The notes under the pieces were generated by a model. The model did not search any database and was not told where the DNA came from. It saw only the letters and a list, made by a program, of their open reading frames with translations. A program made the position numbers and the translations under genes. From Myxococcota bacterium (lineage in GTDB: Bacteria; Myxococcota_A; UBA796; UBA2385), in the NCBI GenBank assembly GCA_044344255.1, contig JBIJDH010000006.1:32001-96000 (forward strand): 64,000 nucleotides of DNA. The letters are read 5' to 3'. This document shows positions 48,735 through 58,019 of this stretch, piece by piece. The number at the start of each line of letters is the position of its first letter. Position 1 is the stretch's first letter.

Positions 48735-49514
48735 CAGGGCAATCGCATCTTGACGGGGCAAGAGGTTAGCATGGGTTGATCTCTTACCGCCGGGCATCTG
48801 CCGCGGCCTCGGAGGTCGCCATGGCGACGCTGCTGGAGCACTTCGACAACCTGCCAGACCCTGGGTGGACCGCACCAAGCGACACTCCCTCCGAGACATC
48901 ATCGCCCTCACCATCCTGGCTGTGATCGGCGGCGCAGAGAACTTCGTAGAGGTCGTGGAATTCGGCCGCGCGAAGGAGGCTTGGTTCCGGACCTTTCTGG
49001 AGCTGCCCCACGGCATTCCGTCTCACGACACGCTGGGGCGCATGTTCGCCCGCCTGGACCCGAAGGCGTTTCAAGAGCGGTTCATGGCCTGGGTCGGGTC
49101 GATTCGGGAGCAGATCGGCGGTGACGTCATCTCCATCGATGGCAAGAGCGTGCGCCGCAGCGTTGCAGCTCAGGGACAACCATCCGACCCTGGCCGGCCT
49201 CGTCGAGGACTTCTTCGAAGATGGCATCAACTCTAATTTCGCCGGAATGAGGTCGGACTTCCATGAGGAGACCACCAAGGAGCACGACCGGAACGAAGTT
49301 CGGCGGACCTCGACCTCGCCGGACCTTGAGTGGCTGCCAGAGTCCGAGGAGTGGGTCGGGATGAAGAGCCTCATCTGTGTCGAGTCCCGTCGCGAGGTGC
49401 TCGGCAAGCAAGAGTCGCTCCACCGGCGGTACACCATCAGCGGCGGGCTGGGACAACGAATACCTGCTCAAAGTAATTGGCGGATAAATGGGACGTTTAG
49501 ATGCGATCGCCCTG
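48735..49514 (+). mobile_element. Internally deleted ISAs1-family insertion sequence
   Basis: Terminal inverted repeats CAGGGCAATCGCATCT (48735-50) and AGATGCGATCGCCCTG (49499-514), 1 mismatch; encloses transposase fragments. Confidence 0.9.
48821..49487 (+). pseudogene. ISAs1 transposase pseudogene
   Basis: HFDNLPDP / VDRTKRHSL..GIPSHDT..IDGKSVRRS / LRDNHPTL..HDRNEVRR..RRYTIS / AGWDNEYLLKV*; frameshift near 48863 and two internal deletions (about 49162 and 49441). Confidence 0.9.
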
Positions 49515-51143
49515 GCCAGTACAGGCCTCCGCACCGGTTCGGATAGCCGCCGGCAACGCCACGGTGAACACCGTGCGCCCCGGGCGACTCTCCACGGTGA
49601 TGCTGCCGTTGTGGCGCTCCACGATCTCACGGGAGATGGAGAGCCCGAGCCCGCTGCCCTCCCCCTGCGGCTTGGTCGTGTAGAAGGGCTCGAAGATCCT
49701 GGCACGCGCGCTCTCGCTGATCCCCGACCCGGAGTCGATGACCTGCACGATCACCTGTTCGGCTTTGCAGGCCAGCCGAAGCTCCAGCCGGCCTTTGTAG
49801 TGCATCGCCTGAAGTCCGTTATGGATGAGGTTGGTCCATACCTGGTTGAGCTCGTCGTGATGTCCGACGACGAGGCACGGGTCTTCGAAGCCGCGGATGA
49901 CCTGCACGCCGTTCTTGATCTGGTTCTGGTAGAGCGTCAGGACCGTCTCGAGATTGTCGGAGAGGCGCGCCTCCACGGGCTCGCCGCTCACCGTTCCGGG
50001 GTGGGCGTAGCTCTTCAGCGCGAACACGATCTTGGCCGCGCGGTCCGCCGCCGTCCGGATCGTTCCACTGTTGCGCCGCAGGGAGACCAGACTCGACGCG
50101 GCTCGCATGAGCGGCTCGGCTCGAGCCGACCGCAGGAGGGTCGCGTGCGTGTCAACGTCGACCGTCATCCCGAGAGACACGAGCGTCCGCGCCACGCGAC
50201 GAGGATCGGGGATGGACCGGTCCTCCAGCTCGCGCTCCAGGGTGGTACGGAGCTGCCGCTCTTCCCGCGTGGTCAGCACCCCGGGCCCGGCCTCGCTCTG
50301 CCGCACCAGGGTGCGAAGGCCCGCCAGTTCTTCCGGGGAGGAGGCCGAGAGGACCCCTGGGAGCTCCTCCAACGCCCGGTCCAACGAGACGGAGATGTTG
50401 CCCACCGATGCGACGATGGCGCCGAGGGGGGTGTTCAGCTCGTGCGCGACGCCCGCCACGAGCTGACCGAGCGCCGCCATCTTCTCACTCTGCACCAGCG
50501 CCTGATGCGAACGCGCGAGTTCGTCGTTTTTCCGACGGAGCTCCTCATTCACGAGGTCGCGCCGATGCAGGAAGTAGAGGGTGAGGACGAAGACAGTCGC
50601 GGATACGGTGGAGATGTTCAGCGCGAAGGAGAGGGGACCGAGCCCCTCCGCCGGGAGCACCGCGGGCCGGGGCAGGAAAGGGTCGATCACCCCGGAGGCG
50701 AACGTGAACACCAGGTAGAAAATCAGCCACACCACAGACGCACGTTTGGTTTCGAACGAGAGCGCACACACCAGCGCGAGCATCGACCAGATCATCATCG
50801 CGCCGCTCGCAACGAAGCCGCCGAGCATCCACTGGAACAGAAACGGCAGCAGGAGGCTGATCAATACCTGGACGGTCCTCGCGATCGCAAAGTTCTTCGT
50901 GCGCTTCAAAGTACCGAAATTGGCGATTGTGACCGCGACATAGCCGAACGGAATCAGCGCGTGGAAGGGCAGGCCTGCGGCCAGGCTCAGACCGCCCCAG
51001 ACGAAGCCGCCAAAACTCATGCTAACGCCGGTAAGCAGCATGAACCTGTGCCGCCCCCGGTCGTCGTCAGAGTCTTCCGGACGATCACCGATCTCGCCAA
51101 AGCGCTCGATGTATGGCCACACCCAGGAAATCACCCGCCGCAC
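49497..51143 (-). CDS. Membrane sensor histidine kinase
   Basis: About six N-terminal TMs; EKMAALGQLVAGVAHELNTP H-box; N, G1, F, G2 boxes. Confidence 0.93.
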   Translation of the reverse strand: MRRVISWVWPYIERFGEIGDRPEDSDDDRGRHRFMLLTGVSMSFGGFVWGGLSLAAGLPFHALIPFGYVAVTIANFGTLKRTKNFAIARTVQVLISLLLPFLFQWMLGGFVASGAMMIWSMLALVCALSFETKRASVVWLIFYLVFTFASGVIDPFLPRPAVLPAEGLGPLSFALNISTVSATVFVLTLYFLHRRDLVNEELRRKNDELARSHQALVQSEKMAALGQLVAGVAHELNTPLGAIVASVGNISVSLDRALEELPGVLSASSPEELAGLRTLVRQSEAGPGVLTTREERQLRTTLERELEDRSIPDPRRVARTLVSLGMTVDVDTHATLLRSARAEPLMRAASSLVSLRRNSGTIRTAADRAAKIVFALKSYAHPGTVSGEPVEARLSDNLETVLTLYQNQIKNGVQVIRGFEDPCLVVGHHDELNQVWTNLIHNGLQAMHYKGRLELRLACKAEQVIVQVIDSGSGISESARARIFEPFYTTKPQGEGSGLGLSISREIVERHNGSITVESRPGRTVFTVALPAAIRTGAEACTGQGDRI

Positions 51144-51542
51144 CTATTCGTTCCCGGCCATGCTGTACTCGATGGCGCTGCACAACACATCCACGCGCCA
51201 GGGCTTGGCTACTACGACCTGGATATCCGACGCGAGGCGCGCTCGCTCGAGCGCCGCCGGGTCCGCGTGGCCCGTCAGGAGGATCCGGCCGATGCGTGGG
51301 AAGCGGGCGTGGAGCCCGGCCAGGAACTCGTCGCCCTTGGTTCCGGGCATCAGCCAGTCCGAGACGACGACCACCACCGTCACGCCCTGCCCGTGGAGCG
51401 CCTCGATGACCTCCCACCCCTCGGCGACGCTCTCCGCCGTCTCCAGCGAGAGGCCGCCCGCGAAGTGCTCCTCGAGCTGCTCGCTGAGGGTGTCGAGCAC
51501 CACCTTCTCGTCGTCGACCAGCAAGACAACACGTTCCGTCAC
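51144..51542 (-). CDS. Single-domain response regulator
   Basis: LLVDDE, VSDWLMPG, LLTG, KPW; AAAGGAG RBS. Confidence 0.92.
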   Translation of the reverse strand: MTERVVLLVDDEKVVLDTLSEQLEEHFAGGLSLETAESVAEGWEVIEALHGQGVTVVVVVSDWLMPGTKGDEFLAGLHARFPRIGRILLTGHADPAALERARLASDIQVVVAKPWRVDVLCSAIEYSMAGNE

Positions 51543-51564
51543 GACATCTCCTTTCGGGGCGGTG

Positions 51565-52884
51565 TCATTTCATCTCCAGCCGTGACGTACCATCCCAGTC
51601 CGCCGGCAGCCCTCTACGGGCGGCTTCCGTCGTCCGAGACCGGTGCCATCGAAGCGCAGCGTCTTCCGGATCAACACGCAGAAGCTCGTCGAGGAGCGAC
51701 GCGGCACCGTCGAGGTCCCGCGCCTGGAAGAGGCCCAACGCCTCCGCGAGTCGGTCGGCGGTGGCCATCTTGCGGGCGCGCTCCGCCTCCGGCAGTCCGT
51801 CCAGCACCTCCCACAAGGTGGTGGGCGCGGCGAGGCCCTTCACCCGCACGCGATCCACGTAGCGCATGGCGTATCGGCCGGGGTCGACGAGGGCGCTGCG
51901 CGTCTGCTCGGTGAGGAGCAGCGTGCCGAGGTGCTTCGTGAGCCCCTCCACCCGCGCCGCCAGGTTGACCACGTCTCCGATGACGCCGCACTTCAGGGTG
52001 TCCTCGCCCCCGATGACACCCATCAGGCACGGGCCCGTGGTCATCCCGATGCCGATACGAAGTGGGATTTCGCCGCGGCGGGCGCGGACGGCGTTGCACT
52101 CCTCCAACGCGGCCAGGGACCCGATCGCCGCGCGCACGACCGCGTCAGCCCCGGTGCCGAACAGGGCGAGGATGGCATCGCCGGCGATCCCTTCGATGAA
52201 CCCTCCATGCCGGCGGATCGGACGCTCCATGTACCTCAGATACTCGTTGATCCAGGAGAGGTTCTCGGCGGGGGTGTGGGTCTCGACGAGCGTCGTGAAC
52301 GAGCGGATGTCGGAGTAGTACACGGACACCGGCTCGGCGACGCAGTCGCCGAGCCGCACCTCTGCCAACTCCCGGCGTCCGAACAGCGCCAGGAACTCGG
52401 AGGGGACGAACCGCATCGCGGCCCGGTGTGCGGCGACCAGGCGTGCCTGCTGCTCGCGCACCTGCTGCTCGGAGAGGTAGCTCCGGACCGCCTCGCGCAC
52501 GGTCATCGTCAGGTCGTCTCGGTTCCACGGCTTCGTAATATAGCGATACAACCCTGCATTGTTGACAGCGCGCCCGACCGCGTCCAAGCCCGCCTGCCCC
52601 GTAAGGAGGATGGTGCGGGTGTCTGGCAGGCGCTCGTGCACGCGCACGAGGAGCTCATCGCCCTTCATCCCCGGCATGATGTGGTCGCTGATGACAAGCG
52701 GCACCCGTCGGCCCGCCGCGGACAGCTCGTCGAGGATCTCCAAGGCCTCGGCGGCGTCCTGCGCCACTTCGACCTCGTAGCCGTCGAGGTGCAGCTCGAA
52801 CTGCTCCCGCAGGCTCGTCAGAACAATGGGCTCGTCGTCGACGCACAGGATGGTGGGGACGATGTCCGCGGTCAGCGCTGGCAT
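51565..52884 (-). CDS. Response regulator - class III nucleotide cyclase fusion with TPR-like tail
   Basis: Start reassigned to ATG 52884; REC (CVDDE, ISDHIMPG, TKPW); cyclase SDIRSFT, AGDAI, GDVVNLAARVE, VKG. Confidence 0.92.
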   Translation of the reverse strand: MPALTADIVPTILCVDDEPIVLTSLREQFELHLDGYEVEVAQDAAEALEILDELSAAGRRVPLVISDHIMPGMKGDELLVRVHERLPDTRTILLTGQAGLDAVGRAVNNAGLYRYITKPWNRDDLTMTVREAVRSYLSEQQVREQQARLVAAHRAAMRFVPSEFLALFGRRELAEVRLGDCVAEPVSVYYSDIRSFTTLVETHTPAENLSWINEYLRYMERPIRRHGGFIEGIAGDAILALFGTGADAVVRAAIGSLAALEECNAVRARRGEIPLRIGIGMTTGPCLMGVIGGEDTLKCGVIGDVVNLAARVEGLTKHLGTLLLTEQTRSALVDPGRYAMRYVDRVRVKGLAAPTTLWEVLDGLPEAERARKMATADRLAEALGLFQARDLDGAASLLDELLRVDPEDAALRWHRSRTTEAARRGLPADWDGTSRLEMK

Positions 52885-53038
52885 CGGTTGAGGCTCCTGG
52901 GGAAGGCGGCTGCACCAAATGCCTCTTGAGCATAAAGGCGTGCGACCTCGAACAGATGGCCAGAGTTGGAGCACCCCATGGCCGGATCCACGCCACCATC
53001 CGCCCATGGTACGGTGGTTCTGGCACGGAGGGTGCGAC

Positions 53039-53162
53039 CAGGGAGATGTCCAGATCTTCCACGAAGACGCGTCCGGGGCGAGGATGGCGTTGCTCAGGCT
53101 CGGCCCCCGGACATTCATTCGGAGAGCTCGCGCCGCTCGAAGGGGGGACGCCGCCTGCCCGT
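53039..53162 (+). pseudogene. Relic of a cNMP-binding (Crp-type) domain
   Basis: GDVQIFHEDASGARMALLRLGP then, after a +1 shift in the C5 run at 53104-08, GHSFGELAPLEGG. Confidence 0.6.
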
Positions 53163-53475
53163 GGATCCGAAGGGCGCGGCCGCGGTGTTCGTCGGACGCC
53201 TGACCCCGCACGAGTTGGAGACCGTCACCACCTTCTCGCGGCGCTACGCCGCCACTGGGCTCGCCCGTGACCCTTGCGAGCCGGATGGCAACCCCTTCGT
53301 TGACTGGCTGCCAGCCCGTTGACTTTGGATCTTCGGAGGATCAGAGTGATGCGATCTCGCTCTGGAGAGGATCGTGGCACGTTCAAAGACTGGCGGAGCG
53401 ATCGGCTTGACGCCACGTCCTCCCGAAGAGCTCGCTCGCCTTCCTGCGGCTCACGGTCGAGGAGCGCGGTGCCCT

Positions 53476-53822
53476 CGCCGCCGAGGGGGGCGCCACCTTT
53501 CGCTGGCACGCCCTCCGTCCAGCCGCGCGGCAGACCGCGCTCTGGCTCGCCCTGCGGCCGGCCTCTCGCCTCAAGCCCAGCCGCGCCGTGGCCATCGCCG
53601 CGGCGATGGGCGTGGACGCGCTCACCTTGCGGGTCTCGGAGCCCGGCGCCTGGGCGCCCCTCGCGGCGGCCCTGTCGGCCACCTCCGGCCTGTCCGTGTC
53701 TGTGCTCGGGGATTGAGGCGCTCGGCCTCCTCCCTCCTCGCTGTCCTCGGCTCGCCAGAGGATCCCTGAATGCCCGCTGTCGCTGTCCCCGCTGGCCTGC
53801 TCACCGTGGAGGGCGGCCGCCT
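53476..53822 (+). repeat. Direct repeat copy 2 (degenerate radical SAM 3' end)
   Basis: Matches 48293-48733 with substitutions, a 135-nt deletion at CCCTC microhomology and a short insertion near 53710-53740. Confidence 0.85.
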
Positions 53823-53865
53823 GCGCCTGCAGGCCCCGCTCCGGTATCACCTCATTCAGGGGACC

Positions 53866-54369
53866 ATGGGCCTGGTGCTCGGCCCCGTGGCCGGCGCGCT
53901 CCTCGCGCTCCTGCTCCTGGCCTGCCGGTCGACCTCGGTCTTGCCCCCCCACCCGCCGATGGAGCCTGTCCTGACGCCCGAGGCGGAGGCCGCGCCGGTC
54001 CCCGATCCCGTCCCCGCCTTGATCACCGACGAAGAGTGTGTCGCCCGAGGCGGGACGGTGGTGACGGAGGAGACGTACAGACACCTCGACCGGCGAGACC
54101 CCGACGGCCCCCGTACCCCCTTTCGCGTCTGCCGAATCCCCTCCCCCGAGAACGGAAAGGCCTGTACGGGCAAGGTGGACTGTGGCCAGGGCCGCTGCTA
54201 CTGCACCGGCCCCCTCTCCCGGCCCGATCCCCAGCGTGTCCCCGACCTCCTCGCCCTCGACGGCACCGCCGGAGAAGGCCGTTGTTCGGATGAGCCGGTG
54301 GAGAGCGGCGCCTGGCGGTGCCTCGTCGTGGACGGGAAGGTGGAGCTACAGGGCTTGATCGTCGATTGA
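53866..54369 (+). CDS. Cys-rich hypothetical lipoprotein (ORF track start 53770)
   Basis: ATG 53866 gives signal peptide ending LLLAC; 8 further Cys (ECVARGG, GKACTGKVDCGQGRCYC, GRC, WRC). Confidence 0.75.
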   Translation: MGLVLGPVAGALLALLLLACRSTSVLPPHPPMEPVLTPEAEAAPVPDPVPALITDEECVARGGTVVTEETYRHLDRRDPDGPRTPFRVCRIPSPENGKACTGKVDCGQGRCYCTGPLSRPDPQRVPDLLALDGTAGEGRCSDEPVESGAWRCLVVDGKVELQGLIVD

Positions 54370-54428
54370 CAGCCCCGATAGAAGGAGTCGCTGTCGCGCC
54401 TGGGTCGCCCCCTGGCAAGGGGCCCGGC

Positions 54429-55232
54429 TCAGCTGTTGGTCGGGTGGAGGTACTTGGACTTCTTGAGCCACTCGGGATCGGGCCAATAGGCGAAGATGAG
54501 GCTTCCGCCCTTGATCGTCTCGATCACCTTGCCGTTGACGTCGGGGTCGAGGGCGGGGCAGCCGAGGCTCCGGCCAGTGCGCCCGTTGGCCTCGATGAAG
54601 TCCTCCTCCACGTAGTCAGCGGAGTGCACGACCACGGCGCGCTCGCGGGCCTGATCGTTGAAGCCCCGCTCGAGGCCGTCGAGGCGGAGGGACTTGCCGT
54701 GCTTGCCGGTGTAGGTCTCGGCCGTCTTGAGCAGGCCGACGTTGGAGGTGCCGTCGCCGTTGCCGTTGCCCACCCGGTTGACCTTGCCGTCGCCGTCGAG
54801 ATCAGAGCCCTTGCCGTGGGCGACGTGCTCGTGGAAGAGCAGCTTGCCGGTGGCGAGGTTGATCACCCACATCCGCTTCTCCTTGCTCGGCAGCTCGTAG
54901 TCGATGACCGTGAAGACCATCGAGCTCGTCTGACCGGCGCCGACGGCCACCCGGAAGGCGGTGAGCGCCTTCTCGAGGACGCCGGCCCGCAGGCCCTTGT
55001 CCTCGAAGTCGGAGGAGCCGACCACGATCTCGTCGGCGCTCGCGGCGTCGGGCACGCTCGTGAGCCCCGACTGCGTGGCACCCGACTGCTCGGCGCTGTC
55101 CCCGAGGCCGAGCGAGGCCTGGCGGGCCGAGTTTCCGCGCCCTGCGCCACGACGGGCGCTGCCCTGCGCCGCGGCGCCGAGGCCAGCCTGGAGGGCGCGG
55201 GCGGGGACCGGGGCTTGTTGGAGCGCAGGCAT
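54429..55232 (-). CDS. Murein L,D-transpeptidase catalytic-domain family protein (YkuD_2-like)
   Basis: IDYELPSKEKR, VAHGKGS, YTGKHGKSLRLDGLE, VVHSADY, GRSLGCPA. Confidence 0.9.
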   Translation of the reverse strand: MPALQQAPVPARALQAGLGAAAQGSARRGAGRGNSARQASLGLGDSAEQSGATQSGLTSVPDAASADEIVVGSSDFEDKGLRAGVLEKALTAFRVAVGAGQTSSMVFTVIDYELPSKEKRMWVINLATGKLLFHEHVAHGKGSDLDGDGKVNRVGNGNGDGTSNVGLLKTAETYTGKHGKSLRLDGLERGFNDQARERAVVVHSADYVEEDFIEANGRTGRSLGCPALDPDVNGKVIETIKGGSLIFAYWPDPEWLKKSKYLHPTNS

Positions 55233-55319
55233 GGGGCACCTCGGCGGCACGATCGGAGAGGGGAGGGGAGATCGCCCGAGGAGGCTACCACGCCGGCGCC
55301 CGCGCGCTCGGGCGGCGCC

Positions 55320-55511
55320 TCAGAACACTGCGTAGATGAACGGGGCGACGTACTGGATCGCCTGGAGGCCCACGAGCGCGAGGCCGAGCAGCACCAGCAC
55401 CGCCATCATCGGCATCAGCCACCAGCGGCCGCTGCGGGAGAGCATTCGATAGAGGTCGCGGAGGACGCCCAGGCGGAGGCCGAGGCCGCTCGGCGCGGCG
55501 GGTTCAGTCAA
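55320..55511 (-). CDS. DUF5989 / SxtK-like small membrane protein
   Basis: RWWLMP...one TM...VAPFIYAVF C-terminus; TTG start overlapping the carbamoyltransferase stop region. Confidence 0.85.
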   Translation of the reverse strand: MTEPAAPSGLGLRLGVLRDLYRMLSRSGRWWLMPMMAVLVLLGLALVGLQAIQYVAPFIYAVF

Positions 55512-57246
55512 GAGAGAGCTCCTTCTTTTCGATCCGCCAGCCGCCCAGGTAGAGGGCGTCGAGCCCGCTCCGAAGGAAGGTGGCCAGCGCATGGACGGGG
55601 GAGCTGACGATCGGCTCCCCCTTGAGGTTGAAGCTGGTGTTGAGCGCGACGGCGGCGCCGGTGCGCTCGCCCACGGCGTCGAGGAGGCGATGGAAGAGCG
55701 GGCTCTGGTCGGCCCGCACGAGCTGGACCCGCGCCGAGCCGTCGACGTGGGTGGTGGCGGGGAGGAGCTCGGCGACGCCCTCCTTGACGGGGCAGACGAG
55801 CAGCATCCAGCCAGCCGGGCCCTCCCCGCCCTTGGGGACGTCGAAGTAGCGCCAGGCCTGCTCGGCGGCGCAGGCGGGCGCGAAGGGCCGGAAGAGCTCG
55901 CGGAACTTGATTCGCTCGTTCACCCGGTCCTTCATGGCGGGATCGGCCGGGTTGGCGAGGATCGAGCGGTGGCCGAGGGCCCGCGGGCCCCATTCGAAGC
56001 CGCCCTGCACCCAGCCGATGACCTTGCCGGCGGCGATGTCGTCGGCGGCGCGGGTGATGAGGGCCTCCTCGTCGTGGTGCTCGGCGGGCAGGCGAAGGTC
56101 GCGGAGGGTGGCGCCGATCTCCTCGTCGGTCCAGGCGCGGCCGAGGTCGGGCCGCAGTCCGGCGGGCGCGCGGGGCCGGCCGAGGACCTCGTTCCAGGCC
56201 CAGAGCGCGGCGCCGATGGCCCCGCCGGCGTCACCGGCCGCCGGCTGGATGAAGAGGCGCTGGAAGGGGCTCCGCAGCAGGATCTGCCGGTTGGCGACGC
56301 TGTTTAAGGCCACACCCCCGGCGAGGCAGAGGTTCTCGGATCCCGCCTCGCGGTGCAGCGCCGTCGTGAGGCCGACGAGCGCGTCTTCGGTCACCCTCTG
56401 GATGCTGGCGGCGACGTCGGCGTACCGCTTGTGCGCGGGGTCGGTGGGGTCGAAGTCGGCGCCGGGGAAGCGGGCGGGGCCGAAGAGGGCCTCGAAGGCG
56501 GCGGTGTAGGAGTCCGTGGCGCTGTGGTGATAGGAGACGTATTTCGTGTCGACGTCGAAGGCGCCGTCGTCGTGGAGCCGAAGCACCTTTCGCACCTCGG
56601 CCTCGAAGCGGGGCTCCCCATAGGGGGCCATCCCCATCACCTTGTATTCTCCGTCATTGACCAGGAAGCCGAGCCAGGCGGTGAAGGCCGAGTAGACGAG
56701 GCCGATGCTGTGCGGGAAGCGGAGCTCTTGGAGCAGCCGGAGGCCCTTGCCGGCCTCGGCTTTGTAGAGGCTGGTGGTGGCCCACTCACCCACGCCGTCT
56801 ACGGTGAGCACGGCGGCCTCGTCGAAGGGCGAGCAGTAGAAGGCGCTCGCGGCGTGGCTGCGGTGGTGGTCGCAGAAGAGCACCTTGTCGGGGTGGACAC
56901 CGAAGTTCGACACCAGCGCGGACTTCACCCAGAGCTTGTCGGTCAGCCAATTAAAGGTGGAGCGCCGAAAGGCGGTGAAGCTCTTCGGGAAGTGGAGCAC
57001 CTGGTGCACCAGGATGCGCTCGAATTTACGGAGGGGCTTCTCGTAATAGACGAGGTGGTCGAGGTCTCGCGCCTGAATGCCGGCCTGCTCGAGGCACCAG
57101 CGGGCGGCCAGCACGGGGAGACTGGCGTCGTGCTTGAGGCGGCTGAAGCGCTCCTCGGAGGCCGCCGCCACCAGGACGCCATCCTTGAGGAGGGCGGCCG
57201 CGGAGTCGTGATAGAGCGCCGAGACGCCGAGGATCCAGGTGCTCAT
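55504..57246 (-). CDS. Carbamoyltransferase (NodU/CmcH/SxtI family)
   Basis: Start ATG 57246: ILGVSALYHDSAAAL, EERFSRLKHD, HHRSHAASAF, DGVGEW, GEYKVMGMAPYG, AGGVALN, EWGPRALGHRSIL, FRPFAP, NTSFN. Confidence 0.96.
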   Translation of the reverse strand: MSTWILGVSALYHDSAAALLKDGVLVAAASEERFSRLKHDASLPVLAARWCLEQAGIQARDLDHLVYYEKPLRKFERILVHQVLHFPKSFTAFRRSTFNWLTDKLWVKSALVSNFGVHPDKVLFCDHHRSHAASAFYCSPFDEAAVLTVDGVGEWATTSLYKAEAGKGLRLLQELRFPHSIGLVYSAFTAWLGFLVNDGEYKVMGMAPYGEPRFEAEVRKVLRLHDDGAFDVDTKYVSYHHSATDSYTAAFEALFGPARFPGADFDPTDPAHKRYADVAASIQRVTEDALVGLTTALHREAGSENLCLAGGVALNSVANRQILLRSPFQRLFIQPAAGDAGGAIGAALWAWNEVLGRPRAPAGLRPDLGRAWTDEEIGATLRDLRLPAEHHDEEALITRAADDIAAGKVIGWVQGGFEWGPRALGHRSILANPADPAMKDRVNERIKFRELFRPFAPACAAEQAWRYFDVPKGGEGPAGWMLLVCPVKEGVAELLPATTHVDGSARVQLVRADQSPLFHRLLDAVGERTGAAVALNTSFNLKGEPIVSSPVHALATFLRSGLDALYLGGWRIEKKELSLD

Positions 57247-58019
57247 CCGAGCTCCCGGGCGGTGGCGATGGGGTCGGGGCTGTCGGGGCCCGGCCGGAGG
57301 AAGCCCCGCTGCTCCCGCTCGGCGTGTCGCGCGAAGAGGGAGAAGGGGCCGACCATGAACAGGTAAATGAGGCCGAGCCAGAGGCCGGCCATGAAATTGC
57401 CGAGCTCCCGCGACAGGCGCAGCCAGGCCTGCAGGTAACGGCGGCCCCAGACCCGCGTCACCGCCGTCCGCACCGCCCACCCCTGGCCCTGCTTCCGGTA
57501 GCGGTCGAGCTCGGCGCGGCTGTAGGCGATGTGAAAGCGCTCGTCGCGCGCGATCTCGGCGAACATCACCTGGGTGTCTCGGTCGTCCTGGAGGAGGTCG
57601 GAGAGGACCTGGAACTGCTCGGCCCCCCGCTTCTCGTGTACCCAGACGAAGGCGAGGAACTCGAGCTCTCCGAGCTCGCGAATGAGTGAGTCCTTCTGCC
57701 GGATGCCGTGGGTGCCGATGTACTCGGCGTCGTCGAGCACCGCCTGCGCTCGCCCCTTCCCTTTGGACCACAGGCCCGCCCGGCGCCGGAACAGCACCGA
57801 GTGGTTGAGCTCGTCGAGGGCGTGGCGAAAATAGCGGAGCCGCAGCTCGGGGCGCGGGGTCTCCTCGACGGCCGCGAGCATGTCGAGGCCGCTGCCGGCC
57901 TCGGTGTGCGAGAACTCGGCGAGCTTGGCGGCGGCCCGACCCGGCACCAGCTTGAAGACGATCCAGCTCACGGCATAGAGCGGGATCTCGGTCCAGGCGC
58001 GGGCTGGCCTCGAAGTCAC
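57243..58019 (-). CDS. Ferritin-like diiron protein with SxtJ-like C-terminal membrane segment (start approximate)
   Basis: Hidden at the end of ORF 57243..60485. Ligand pattern HTE...DELNH...VHE...DERFH; tail AWLRLSRELGNFMAGLWLGLIYLFMVGPFSLFAR; ATGA overlap with carbamoyltransferase. Confidence 0.78.
   Translation of the reverse strand: MTSRPARAWTEIPLYAVSWIVFKLVPGRAAAKLAEFSHTEAGSGLDMLAAVEETPRPELRLRYFRHALDELNHSVLFRRRAGLWSKGKGRAQAVLDDAEYIGTHGIRQKDSLIRELGELEFLAFVWVHEKRGAEQFQVLSDLLQDDRDTQVMFAEIARDERFHIAYSRAELDRYRKQGQGWAVRTAVTRVWGRRYLQAWLRLSRELGNFMAGLWLGLIYLFMVGPFSLFARHAEREQRGFLRPGPDSPDPIATARELG

Noticed and set aside
51565..52884. Pycsar/CBASS defence cyclase
   Set aside because: REC-fused and in an operon with a histidine kinase and response regulator; no intact TM or TIR effector. 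Fits two-component signalling.
53770..53865. N-terminal extension MPAVAVPAGLL... on the Cys-rich lipoprotein
   Set aside because: Part of the duplicated segment; the signal peptide fits ATG 53866 better, though the longer start is not excluded.
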